64,000 bases of DNA from NCBI GenBank assembly GCA_011109175.1, contig RDEW01000005.1, positions 678,335 to 742,334 on the forward strand, given 5' to 3'. This DNA is from Dicyema japonicum (taxonomy: Eukaryota; Animalia; Dicyemida). A model generated the notes under the pieces. That model searched no databases. It had not been told where the DNA came from and saw only the letters and a list, made by a program, of their open reading frames with translations. Shown here piece by piece: positions 24,456 to 36,826 of this stretch. The position numbers and the translations under genes are program-made. Position 1 is the first letter of the stretch. Every line of letters begins with the position of its first letter.

Positions 24456-26777
24456 ATGAACTCCAAGGCAAGTTGGAGCGAACGACAGCACTCAATCCTC
24501 AACGAGTTAATGTCCAAGGCAGTCGTCACCAATGATTTCGAATACGCCCGGAAATCTGTTGAAAGTCTGCTTAAAAAGCTCAAAGATGACCCCCAGAATT
24601 TGTCCAACTTTTACAACGCCATTACGTCTGGGGGCGAGACGGAGACTGGCTGTGTCCCGATATCCCGGACTTTGGACGGTCGCTTGCAGGTAGTAGAAGG
24701 TCTCAAATTGAGGTCTGTGGAAGGAAGGGATTCCCCCATATGATGTTCTCTCGGATATTCCGTTGGCCTGATCTACAGAGAGGGGAGTTGAAGCATAAAT
24801 CTCTGTGCCAATTTCCCTTTGACTTCAAATTGGAGAATGTCTGTGTTAATCCTTACCACTACGAACGAATTACTTCTTCCTATACTCAAAGTGGTATGTT
24901 TTAGCATTTATACTATGTCCCCTACTTGTTTATTTTTATCATGGCTATTTGGGCCACCATTATCGCGTTGCTTGTTTGGCATACGTATGACACTTATTAG
25001 ATATTTAACGAATTTACTGTTATTGGGACAGTTATTTCGATATTCTAAGCCTTTTAATGCTATTTAAGCCTTTCTCATATCTTAGTGATTTTACTGTAAT
25101 AAATCGCTTTGTTCGATTATTTATTGGCAATGGCTCACTGTTTTATTGTTATCATTGTCTTTTAGCTGGTTTTTCCTGTTATTGATATTTGCAGTGCTTT
25201 TTAGATATTTTAAGATTTTGGTGTTATTGTTGCACTTTTTGATATATTTTGACTTTTGGCGGTTATTTATCGATTTGAGTTTGTTACTTTTATGGCTCTT
25301 ACGAGACTGTAATGCTTATTCAACATTCTTACGTACTTGTGTTGCAATAGCTTTTAGATTGGTATTTTAAGGCTTTGGTGCTACATTGGAGCTTTTCCAC
25401 AGAAATGAGGATTTGCAGTTATTATGTCGTTTACTTGACACTCTTATGTTTTGTGGCGAAGTGGCTATTATATAATTGTCTAATGGTTGATTACCATCAT
25501 GGGAGTTATTTCACTGTTATATGGATTTTGCTGTTATTGTCACTTAAGTGTATTAATGATTGTTGCTATAATGTCTCTTGTGAGATATTTGAATGATTAT
25601 GTCACTCACATTTTACATTTTACTTTATCGCATATTTCATATTTTTCGGATGTTTACAGGCAATAGGTGCTAATTTCGATATTTAAGGAGTTATAGTTAT
25701 TATGTTACTTATTTTGACGCTTTTATGAGCTTTTTGCTACATGTTAAGCTATTTTGCACCATTTCGGGTTATTTTCGGTATATTTGAGTAAATTTTGATT
25801 ATTGTCACCTTTCTGTGTTACCATGACTGTTTAGAGTTAGGTGAAGTCTCCAAACCTCGAATACAGACAGAGACAACTCCGTTTGTGAATCCAATACTGA
25901 TGCGACCACCTCACATACCAAATTTAAATTTTCAACAATTTTTCCCGCCTTTCAACCCGTACTTTCTGAGGCCACAAAATTATTGTTATTTTCCAAACCA
26001 ACCTCCTTATCCCAGAGACCCAATCTACTCCGTGTTGCACAAAAAGCTAAACCACGTTGTAAACAACTGTATTCAACCATTTTGACTTCAGATGACTCGT
26101 CCTGGTGTAAAATCAGCTATTTTGAGTATTCTTCTCAGTTGGGGGATCAAATGGAATTTCCTATGGACATCGATAGGTTCGTCGTCGATGGGTACGCCAA
26201 CATCACCAACCACGCACGTTTTTCCGTGGGGATAATCCAAAATGATAACCGGGACGCAAAATCCGAGAAATCACGGTATTCTGAACCTAAGAATTTTAGA
26301 AAGTTCATTGGAGACGGATTTGAAGTCACCAAAAAAAGTCTCCAAAGCGTGATTATGTTCAACAATGCCGACCGTCCATTATTCGTTCAGGGTTTCCTCT
26401 TGGAATACTGTGACGAGGTGGTGAAATTATTTCCGAAGACGTCGATAGAGGTAGAGATTGGGGTAACGGTCAGATTTTCAACATTAAGAAGCTTTTTGAG
26501 CTGATTGTGTCAAGTTTCACAAGCGGTAGTCAAATAGGGTGATTTGAAGGTGGGGAACCTTATTCTCTGGAGAGACTAAGGAATGAGAGCTACGTGGCCG
26601 TAGTGAGCTTCAACAAGGGTTGGGGACCAGACTATAAGCGGAGTGAAGTGAGTGATAGTCCTTGTTGGATGAAAGTGAGGGTTTCCTAGTAATTGTTAGA
26701 TCGAGTTTGGAATCGGAATGAGACTGGTGGAGGAGATGTTTGAGTCGATCACTTTGGGTGATGAGAAGGGACATTGA
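24456..26777 (+). CDS. SMAD4: SMAD4/Medea (co-SMAD)
   Basis: MH1 motifs RTLDGRLQV.GRKGFPH (co-SMAD signature) and CVNPYHYER. MH2 motifs WCKISYFE, VVDGY, RFSVG, SFNKGWGPDY and PCW. Introns of 23, 947, 23, 24, 23, 24 and 25 nt. Confidence 0.93.
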
Positions 26778-28399
26778 TTTACTGAACACTAATGTGAATA
26801 ACTACTGATTGTTAATATTTTTTTAAATAATATTTATCTTACTTCCCCCTTAATTCGACTTGCAAGGGACGGGTAAGGCTATCGGTCGCCTGTTGAAGGT
26901 TGCATCTGTCACGTGGCTGTATTTCGCTAATATTTTTAATCTCCTAAGGCCCATGTCTTTCCTCGTCTCTTTTATTCATAGATGACGGACTCGGGAGATA
27001 TTGGAGGATAGGAAGTGAGGATCCGGCTTAAAGTCCTAAGATGTGGACATTGAAGTGAATCATGAAAAAATCGTTTTTTTAAGATTATTTGTAAGATTAT
27101 TCATTTATGGATAGTCTTTCATGGACCAGTTACCCAAGAGGTTATTTGGTAGGAAGGTTGAGGTAATGACTCAACTGGACTAGATTCAACCCGGGATATT
27201 TCCTTTGTTCAGAACTTCAGGGTTCCGAAGTCTCCTGAGTCCATCACCTAGTCCAAGCTCACACAAAGTAAGACATTGACTTCCATCCACCATGAAGCTA
27301 ATATATAGAGGTACGCCATCACCTCAACTTTCTGACCGTTAAACCACCCTTTAATTTCATGCAATTTACTAGTAAACCAGATATTCAGGGAAATTAAGGA
27401 AAATGACTCAATTAAATGTTCAAATTGTCGGGTAAAACTTGTTTAATGTGAGTTTCTGTTAAATATTCAATCATCGCAGATAAAGTTGTACTTTAATGAA
27501 TCTGTGGTGAAGAATAACACAGGTGTGTACTTCAGTGTTGCCATGGTGATTTAAAGACCTGTGCTTTAATTATTATGTTGTGGTGGAGACCAATTTTCTG
27601 AGACTCTGTACTGGTTCTGGATATGGGGACGTCTTCTAGTGGACTTAATCGAAATAACACGTCCTCAACTAAGTGATCAATAACCGAAAAAATGCCAATA
27701 TAGGCGAGGACTGACATCTGGTACTCTTCTTCCTATTGGGGATTGAGTCTCGCGGTTAGTCATGATATTTGAGTCGGTGACCCAGCTCTGGTAAACTACG
27801 GTATGGTTCTGCTACACTTAATGTCTTCATCTCCTCAATGTGGTCGACCTCTCGTTCACCCTTTTTGGAGATACGATATTTCTGCTTAGGAAAGCTGCAT
27901 CCAAGATGGGCCTCCGAGATTGACTCAATGAACTCCTTGATGAAGATCGACTACTAATATCAATTGAAGAAGTCGTGGAGAAGAGGATATCGAATTTCCT
28001 GAACTTTCTGAATGTCTGGCTTCTAATCTTGTCTGGCCAAATTGGAAGAGCTCGGATATGCCTGCCTTGAAGAAAGACAGAAAAATTATTAGTTATGGTA
28101 ATGATGGAATCTCTTGTGTTTCTCCAAAGTATCCACCCTTTTCTTGCTTCCACGTGCTCTCTTATTGTTGATGAATTCTGATATCAATTCTGTTTTTGTT
28201 GAGTTATGTTGGTTTAGGAACCTCTCTAATAATGTCTATGTAATCTCAGTCTGTCTACTCTACCCCGTTTACAATTGCAACTACCTCGATTAACTGTGGA
28301 GACGTGCAAGGAGGAAAACTTTAGAAGAATGGTACGATTCGAAAAGTCTCGATTATTTAAAAAACATTTTTTGCAAAGGCTTCTGTTTCGAGAGGTTTA

Positions 28400-28522
<123 letters not shown>

Positions 28523-28546
28523 TCATGTGCAATTTTGAATTTTTAA

Positions 28547-28665
28547 ATTTGCCATTTTTAAAGAAATATTCCAACTTTAGTGGAAATTTGACAATTCTCA
28601 GATTTGCCATTTTTAAAGAAATATTTCAATTTTAGTGGAAATTTGCCAATTCAGAAATTTGCCAG
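28547..28665 (+). repeat. 55 bp tandem duplication upstream of a pogo transposase remnant
   Basis: Two copies of ATTTGCCATTTTTAAAGAAATATT(C/T)CAA(C/T)TTTAGTGGAAATTTG plus a partial third copy. Confidence 0.8.
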
Positions 28666-28726
28666 AATTTTTTAAAGTTTTTAAAAAAAATACTGAAAAT
28701 TAAAACAATAAAACTTTATTCAAGTA

Positions 28727-29720
28727 GCATGCCTCGTTGTGATTCTAGTGGTCGATATAAAATACTCACTATCGAACAAAAAGTGCAAATACTGACGACA
28801 AGGACGACAAAATATATCATGCCAAAGAATCGCCGATAAATTTTTCATTTTGTTTAAAGTGAACATTTGCCGAAGGACAGTTAACGCTATCTTAAAAAGT
28901 CGTGAGTCAATTTTGGAACAAATAAAAAACTAAAAATTCCTCAACAAAAACAGTCAAAAAGTTAAAGTTCCCACAACTTGATGAATAACATGTTTAGCAG
29001 GTGGATTCGATGGAATCAAAAAGTATTCTAATGTTTTTAAATTTTAAGGTGCATTGTTGAACGATGCATTAATATCCAGTAAAGCAGAATTCTTCGTTAA
29101 AGAGCTTTTCACGACTATGTCAAAAACTCTTATAGATTTTTATCCAAATTTAAGAAAAGGCATGGATTTCGGATGAGGAAATTACATGGACAAATGTGCA
29201 CTAAGAAAAGTGTCGATATTGAAGGGTTTCTCAAAGAATTTCAAGAAGTTTCAAAGTCATATACCTGCGATCAGATTTATAACCTGGATGAAACTTTTTT
29301 ACAAGCTTATTCCATCCAGAAGTATCTGCAAGTCTCCATTCGGAGGATACAAGAACTTCAAGGATAGAGTATCTGTGATGTTATGCACAAATATGTCTGG
29401 AAATCATAAATTAAAGCCTTCAATGATTGGAAAATCAAAAAATGCCAAGATGTTTCAAAAAATGATCATCGGTGTTCTGCTTCGCATTACAGTTCCAAAA
29501 GAGCGTGGATGACCGGATTTATTTTTTCAACTAGATGATGTGTCGATAACCTTTTGAGGGCAGAGAAGAAATCAATTTTGCTCCTTGTGGATAATTTTCC
29601 TTTTCATTGCTTACCATCTAATTTGGAAAATATTAAAATAATGTTCTTTCCTAAAAATGCTACAGGAATAATTTAGCCAATGGATTTGGGAGTCATTAAA
29701 ACATTCAAGTCCACGTTGAT
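28727..29720 (+). mobile_element. Decayed pogo/Tigger transposase, 3' truncated
   Basis: LTIEQKVQIL HTH; YNLDET; KDRVSVMLCTNMSG.HKLKP..IGKSKN; AWMT; LLVDNF; PMDLGVIK. Confidence 0.85.
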
Positions 29721-29799
29721 AGACACAAATTGGAGTATCTTACGGAAAATGAAATAGCATCCAAGTTAAGCGATATTGAAAAGGATCTTCTTGAGAACG

Positions 29800-30880
29800 T
29801 TGAAAAAGAAGAGGACGTCGTCCTTATTACATCTGTTAGAAATCCACAACGAGCTTCCTCACATCCCTGACTAACTTTATTCGCTCTGGATTTCTGTGCA
29901 AGCCAAGACACCAGAAAACTGTGTTAGGGTCACAGGACGTCAACTAAGCTTTCGACTCTGTACCGAGGAAGGACCTAACATGGAAAATCTACCAATCAGA
30001 TATCCCTGAAAACCTCAAACGCTGCTGATGAACATCCTTAGCGGACGAAGAGGTAGAGTGTGCATTGGAAACATTCATTCTGTCTCCCGTTTATTCCCAA
30101 ATGGAGTACCCCAGGGATCGCCGCTATCACCATTCCTATTGAACCTGTTTACGGCTGACATTCCGACGCCGAATGGAGAAGACGACCTCCTTCTGGCTTA
30201 TGCAGACGATATCGTCTTAGCCTCACGGGATCAAAACACCCAAACAGCGACGGAAAGAATACAACACCACATGGATCCACTACTCGAGTGGTTAATGAAA
30301 ATCGGATGTCAATCAATACCGAAAAATCTGTTACAACTCTCTATACCTCGGACAAAAAATTGTCGAACAAGACAATTGAAGTACTGCGGAGGGAAGTGAA
30401 TTGGCGTTCAGCAATGGCAAAAAATATTGGGTCTAACTTTCGATACGCTCATGAACTTTTCTAGACATGTCACTAACGTGCTGAACAAATGTGAGAAGAA
30501 AATCAACCTTCTGAAATGCCTAACAGGTCTATGGAAAATTGGACATCACCCTATACTTAAAACGCTCTACTCACAGTACATCGAACCATGCATTTCATAT
30601 GCGTGTACTTCATGGAGACCACTGGCCTCTTATACGAACATCCAGAAAATCTCCGCAACCCACAAAAGGGCCTTCAAGCTAACGGAGAGATGGTACACAG
30701 GGGAAAACATTAAATCACCGACGCCCATGGAGAGTCTAATCAAAAAAACAAAAATGGACACAAAAAGAAAGTGCTCGTCCGCAACGAACTTGTGTAGACT
30801 CAAGAGATCAACGCCGAGAAAAGATAAGAGCCTTGATCCAATTCGTCGGGATCACTTAGTTTAGTTTTTTCGGTTTAACA
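29800..30880 (+). mobile_element. Ingi/Vingi-like LINE 3' half
   Basis: GVPQGSPLSPFLLN, LAYADD, ILGLTFD, LYSQYIEPCISYA; 3' GGGATCACTTAGTT. Confidence 0.85.
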
Positions 30881-30884
30881 GTGG

Positions 30885-31460
30885 TCTTTGGAATTAAGTA
30901 GGAAACCCTGGCCATTCTTTACGTCGCCTCATCAGAAACGAGACCGCCAATGGGATGTCCGTGTGGTGCATAATTTTCCGCCTGAGAGAGTTCAAACGAT
31001 CCACTCTCGAAAAGGGAATCGCAAATCTCTAGGCGGAGCAGGCATATTCAATGGTAGGAACGATGACTTGTTGGTAGACCTTGTTGACGCAAGCAGCAGG
31101 GGGAAAGGGCTTTCCTTTATGATCGCTTTTAAAATGTTCCATTTCCGAAGACCCTTAGAAAGCACCTCCTCCACGTGACTCGAGAACGTCATCAGAGAGT
31201 TGAAAACTACCTCAAGGATCTTCTGGGTTCGCGTAGAATGGATAGAAGTATCTCCAAAAAACAGTTCGAATCCATTCTTAAATATTGTATTAGTAGTGAA
31301 AATGGTGAACTGGGATTTAGATGCTGACACACACAACATATTTGCAGATAGCCAGTCACATATTCGGTTTAGGTGTGACTGAACAGTTGCTACAACCACG
31401 GAAGGAGAATTATCTCTTGCAGCGATAATTAGGTCGTATGCGTTATACAAGTACACTTAA
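30885..31460 (-). mobile_element. Ingi/Vingi-like RT C-terminal fragment, tail-to-tail with the previous copy
   Basis: YNAYDLIIAAR (decayed YADD), KSQFTIF, KILEVVFNSLMTFSSHV. Confidence 0.75.
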
Positions 31461-31562
31461 TTAAATTGTAATCCGTAAACATTATATTAAATTAACAATT
31501 AGTCAAAACATTAATTCAAATTTGAAAATAAATTACCGATTCTGGTGATGTGGGAACTTTAA

Positions 31563-34129
31563 ATGAGCTTGATTCAAAAAAAATTAATACAAATATTCAA
31601 AACAAAGAATGTATCCTAGTGTTTTATATAACAGGAGATAATATGTGTTGGTTCTGACAATGATTCAAAGGACTCCTACTCTGTTTTAATAATAGACAGA
31701 AATACCCCCGATGAGCTCGTCGTCGACTCCCTAGAGGTTCTCCACTTAATTAAACATCAAAGGACACACAGTTTGATCGACAACAGATCAATCAGCTCCT
31801 TCAACAACACGGAATCAACCAGAAATCCTCCGACTTCAGCAGTGACCTCGATCCTCACTCTTAGAAGTCATCAAGGCCTACGGAATTGTAGGATTCGTCC
31901 GTTTTGTGGCCGGCTTTTACATGATTGTGGTCACAAAGTATGCCCATGTGGGTTGCATCGGGTGGGGGGAAGTCTTCAGAGTGCTCCACGTCGAACATGT
32001 TTACATAAACAATTCAAATATTCAAAACAACATTGAAAGAAAGTGATCCCTACTTTAACCCTAAGATACGAGAAGTTGTTCAAATCGGTGGACCTTAGCA
32101 CGCACTTTTACTTCTCTTACAACTACGACCTTACAAACACCTACCAATACAACATCATCTCCCACAACAAAGGTGGGTTTACTGTAAGACTTAGGCTACG
32201 CTAGCAAGTTTGTATGGAATAGTTTCTTACTGAGGAAACTACGGCTGAACCAGTTTTGGACTGTAAATCTGATTCACGGCTTTTATAGGGAATACAGTAT
32301 TTTTAGTAGTCCTTTCAGAGATTCTAATCTATGGGATGTCGCTGAGTATTGGTCTGCTGGCAAGGAGGTCGTCGCGATTTGCCGGGACCCGTTACCTCAA
32401 GCGTGGGTGTAATGCAAGGGGGAATGCTGCGAATGAAGTAGAATTGGAACAGATTGTCACTGATTTATCCAATATTACCTCAAATGGGTCAAAAATAAGC
32501 TCATTCGTCCAGGTGAGAGGGTCCGTTCCGTTAATATGGTGCCAGGAGTATAACAACGTCGGGAAACGCCCACCAATCACGGGTTTTTTATTTAAATATT
32601 TTTTTTCAATTTAATTAATAATAAATTAAAATAATTATACATAGTCCTAAGAAGTGATCCCCGGTTTGTCACAACATCCCGTCATTACAATAAGTTACTC
32701 CGTCGTTACGGTACTCCGTTATGTGTCCTTGACCTTGTGAAAAGGAGCCCGAAGAGTGACGAATATAAATTGGGGTGTGAGAGCCAGTGCGCAATAAAAT
32801 ACCTGAACCAGTTCCTCCCACCTCAATTTGGTATAGAATTGATTCAATTTGACATGAAAAAGTAATGTTTAGTAAAATTGTAGTATTTTGCACGCTGAAG
32901 TCCTATGTAGGCTAAGAAGTATTGGTAAAAGTGTGGTTGACAAGACTGGCTTTTTCTGGGAAGGTGAAAGGCAGTGCGGTGTTGTGAGGACTAATTGCAT
33001 TGATACTCTTGATAGGACTAATATAGCTCAATTTGCTATTGGACACTACGTGCTCAAGCAACAAGTATTTGCTTTTAAATTTAAATATTTTATCAATTTT
33101 TAAATTTATTTTTAATTAAATTAATTTTAGTTGTTAAAATTGAGTATACTTTCCGCTGGTAACCTTTCTTATGATTCGATTTATTCAACGTTTGTTTCTT
33201 TTTAATTTACAGAACATTCGAGAAGCTATTCGACGAAATGGGTGATGCCTTATCTATGCAGTATGCGGGGTCTTGTATTGTCCATTATATTCGGCATTAC
33301 TACTACCAGACTGACATAATATCAGCTGCTACTGATATTATCCCTAATATATCTCGATATTACAGCAATACTTTCACTGGTACGAGACTCTTGTTACATT
33401 TGATCAGATAAGAAGAAACAGGCTGCCTTGGATCTCTTCCTCGGTAAGCACAGGCCACGTGAGGACCCTAAAAGAGTTTTCTCTTCGGAGGATGACTCTT
33501 CTGATGATTATAAGAATGGCCCTACAAGAGAAGGTTTTACTTTAGTTAACCTAAGAAATGGAGGGAAAATTTTATTACGATTCCGCCTGGTTTGACCGCT
33601 CAATGTTAGTTCACTTTCCGAGGTCCCCTCATGAAAGTTGTCCAATCTTATTCTTAGTGAGGAAAATTAAGGATTCTGATGCTGGCATGATTCCCAGGAT
33701 GCCTTCAAATAAACCCGAGTTTCCTTTGGCCACGGTTTTCAGAGTCCCTCCTAAGTTGAATAGTCGACGTCCTTCATTCTCTCCCTCAATTAAAACCGAG
33801 CATAATTTTTCTGTTGTGAGTACCATGAATATTGAGCCTACTGAGGTTTTGAAAACCGATAAAGATGACTTGGAGATGTATAAAGCGTAGTATTCTGTAA
33901 TATTGTCAGCTATGTAAAGAGCAGCTGTAATCCTCCACGATTTGACAATTGCGCTATTATTAGAGAGATCCATGATTGTTTGGTTGTACCCGACGTAGAT
34001 AGGTTAGCTGATTGTTGAGTGTGTAGGGATTCGAATACTGCTGGGTTGAGTGGACGTATATTTGTGGATGAGGAGTCGATTGGGATTTATGAGCGTTATT
34101 TGACTAATAATATTATTAATTTTTATTAA
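31563..34129 (+). CDS. FIG4: Polyphosphoinositide phosphatase FIG4 (SAC3)
   Basis: YGIVGFVRF..GFYMIVVT, VDLSTHFYFSYNYDLT, IHGF, LARRSSRFAGTRYLKRG, ANEVELEQI, SSFVQVRGSVPL.W.Q, RYGTP and the catalytic RTNCIDTLDRTN. Many 22-24 nt introns. Confidence 0.93.
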
Positions 34130-34218
34130 ATTTGATTTTTTTATTTTGATTTTTTTTTAAGCATAGTTTTTTATTAAACTTAGTGTCTTTATCACCTCAA
34201 GTTGATATAATTTTTTTC

Positions 34219-34300
34219 CCTATCTTAGCGGAATGGGAGACATCGGATACTAGAACTACCGGATCGCTAATGTCACGGTTCGAATCCTGTCTGACTCAAC
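34219..34300 (+). pseudogene. tRNA-derived sequence (Pol III A/B boxes; SINE head or tRNA pseudogene)
   Basis: A box TAGCGGAATGG at 34226 and B box GGTTCGAATCC at about 34277; the acceptor and T stems do not pair. Confidence 0.5.
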
Positions 34301-34712
34301 TTGAAAGAAAATTGACAAGAACCGTCTACATCGGGGAGGAACTCAGTTTACAGTTATGTCTATTTACCAATTAGAATAACTCTCAGTCTATTATGCAATG
34401 AATTGTACCATTTTAATATTAATTTTACAAAGAATATGATTGAACTTTAAAAAATCTTAGTTTTCAATCAATTAAATAAACGTGAGATTACCAAACTTAG
34501 AAAAATTGAATGAGCAAATATTAGAGAATTAACTCCCCTATATTCCTCCAAATTTGTACCATAGGGAGCCAATTGACAAGCTTACCAGATAGCGGCAAAA
34601 ATTATATTTTCTGTCCCCCCTTTCTCAAAAAGATAAATATTTATAACGACGCAACAACAACAAAATTTAAATAGCGAATTTTTTATTCATAAAATTAAAA
34701 AAACTCAAGGGT

Positions 34713-35019
34713 TCAATCCCATTTGGATATTCTCTTTCTTAACTGAATGGAGTCATCATTATTAAGTACAGTGTAATATTCTGATGAGGGATATTTGGTC
34801 TTCAGGTATGCAAGGTATAGTAGACAACCAGATATGGCTGTTATACCCACTATCATTACGAACTTATTCTTATTTTATAATTATCTGAACTACCGGTTTT
34901 GTGTATAACTCAAAGTTTAATGCTCGGAAAACGCTTGTTGAGTCCGCCTTTTTAAACCCAGGATCCGATATTTGAAAGAAATCCTTGATATTTTGCTTAA
35001 TTTTACCCACAAGACCCAT
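34713..35019 (-). CDS. SMIM8: Small integral membrane protein 8 (C6orf162)
   Basis: Two exons with a 25 nt intron (34869-34893). Reads PGFKKADSTSVFRALNFELYTKPNKFVMIVG...RKRISKWD, matching human [25 protein letters not shown]...RRKTSKWD. Not in the ORF track. Confidence 0.9.
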
Positions 35020-36329
35020 TTACGATATGTTTTTTAAATTAATTAAAATACTATTTTTATTTATGTAAATAAATTAATTTAAAGTTAACCTTGCATCCTT
35101 AATATTTTAGTGTGATGTTATGTGGTTCACCAATTTTGCAAGGATTGGTATCACCTGGAGGGGACCTAATGTTCCTCCACAGAGAACCATTAAACAATTA
35201 CATCCGAGGAAACCTTTTCCCAAGCGACACGCGCTTTCAGCTTCAACTATCTTGGTAGGACCACCAGTTCATTGCAACTGTTAACCCTCAATGAGATGAG
35301 AGGCAAAATTTTGGAACTACTCTTCTCTCCTGACTGAGCTGAAGACCAAAACTTGAGGAATTTATTAAAACACATAACAACCTATTCTAACAAATCCCGG
35401 TGATCCTCCTAAAGAATATAAGTGATAATGAAATAGCTGCATGACGAGGATTTACGACCTCTCACTTTATCCGAGACTTTTCATTTTATCATTGTTTCAT
35501 GAAAAGTATACTTAGACCCCCTATCTGTCTTGACTTAATTTACACATAATAGTTTTTCGAACTGGTGGGGATATTTGAAGACTGAACTTTGCTTCATTGA
35601 CGTCCACAAGGCACTCCATCAGTGTCGAGGAAGATTATTACAAGGTAAATTTTCCAAACAAGACTCCGAGGAAAGCTTAAATTCTGTTTGGCTGACCTCC
35701 TTAGTACTACCAATAGTAAATGAGCATGGATACTTGTATTTATTTCGAACAGTTCCACTTACCATTGTGACACCTTTTTTCACTCCAAAAATCAACATTT
35801 TCATTGCTTTAGGCAAAAATAGTGAAATATAGTCAAAATCCATTAGTCGCTGATTTTAACTTTTCATCCCACAACAATTAACTTTTCAAACGTCAAATCA
35901 TTTTAAAACAAAAAATATTTAATAATGAAAATATCCTTAATATTTTAGTAAATAAGTCACAGGTTTCTGAACCTTGTACATGAAAATCCAAGGCAATATT
36001 GTACATGACAAATAATATCCGAAGGCTGAATTTGAATGAGCTCTTAGATAGCCTTCCCCAGGTGGTGGATATCTTGGAGTATACATTCGAGACGAGAAAG
36101 ACCTCGGCTCAACTCCGTTCAAGGTACTACTCAAAACGAATTTTTCTAGACCACCTTTCGATGATTCTTCTTGAAGTTTCTCCTGCAAAGCCCCTCGTTG
36201 ACTATCAGAGGCTTGTGGAAGCGTCCAGGACTAACGAAGGAGAACTTCACTAGAAGCGATAGTTAGGTCTTGTATAAATAGATGAATGGAATTTTAAATT
36301 GTCAATAAATCGTATATAAACAAATTAAA

Positions 36330-36690
36330 TAGAATCGGAGACAAAGGGAATCTGTGTGGAGCCTGCATTCTCCAGCCATAGGTTTATGTTCAGATTCACA
36401 TTAACATAAAGATATTAGTCAGAAGAGACCTTAAAATGGTTGAAGGCCTTCTGTGTTTCGATCGATACTAAAGTTGCCCGTAGGTTGGTTCTCATATTGA
36501 AGCCATTTGTGATAAACTCGAATAAGTACACACGAGCGAGCCGTGGAGATCAGGCAGCTTTAAAGCCATGCTGGAACGCAGGCATTGTCAGAATACGGTA
36601 GATCACTGCTGGAAGACTCTCCATCAAAGCCATATAATTTTTCGGTTTTCCCGTCTTCAGAATTGGCATTTGTTTAGACAGAACATCAAT
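36330..36690 (-). mobile_element. Ingi/Vingi-like RT fragment
   Basis: PILKTGKP, FQHGFK, VSIETQKAF. Confidence 0.7.
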
Positions 36691-36826
36691 TTATAAAATT
36701 AGGTAATTTTATTTTTTCAATATTTTTGGTTTTAATTTTAAAATAAAATAAATTAATTTTTAACAATTTAAAAAATTTTGGATACCTAACGTGGTGGTAA
36801 TTTAAAACTTAAATTAGTAGGACAAA

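Noticed and set aside
25146-25596. Hydrophobic ORFs as nested membrane proteins or mitochondrial genes
   Set aside because: They are expected from about 55-60% T composition, and no recognisable mitochondrial motif is present.
32040-32665. Minus-strand GGGATCACTT matches suggesting LINE tails inside FIG4
   Set aside because: The 32654 match lies in FIG4 coding sequence (RSDP) and neither has a tail, so they are coincidental.
32980-33020. Catalytically dead FIG4 (CIDTLDRT instead of CVDCLDRT)
   Set aside because: CX5R is intact, and the second Cys varies naturally (from memory, yeast Fig4 has Ser there).
34219-34300. Functional tRNA gene
   Set aside because: The acceptor and T stems do not base-pair.
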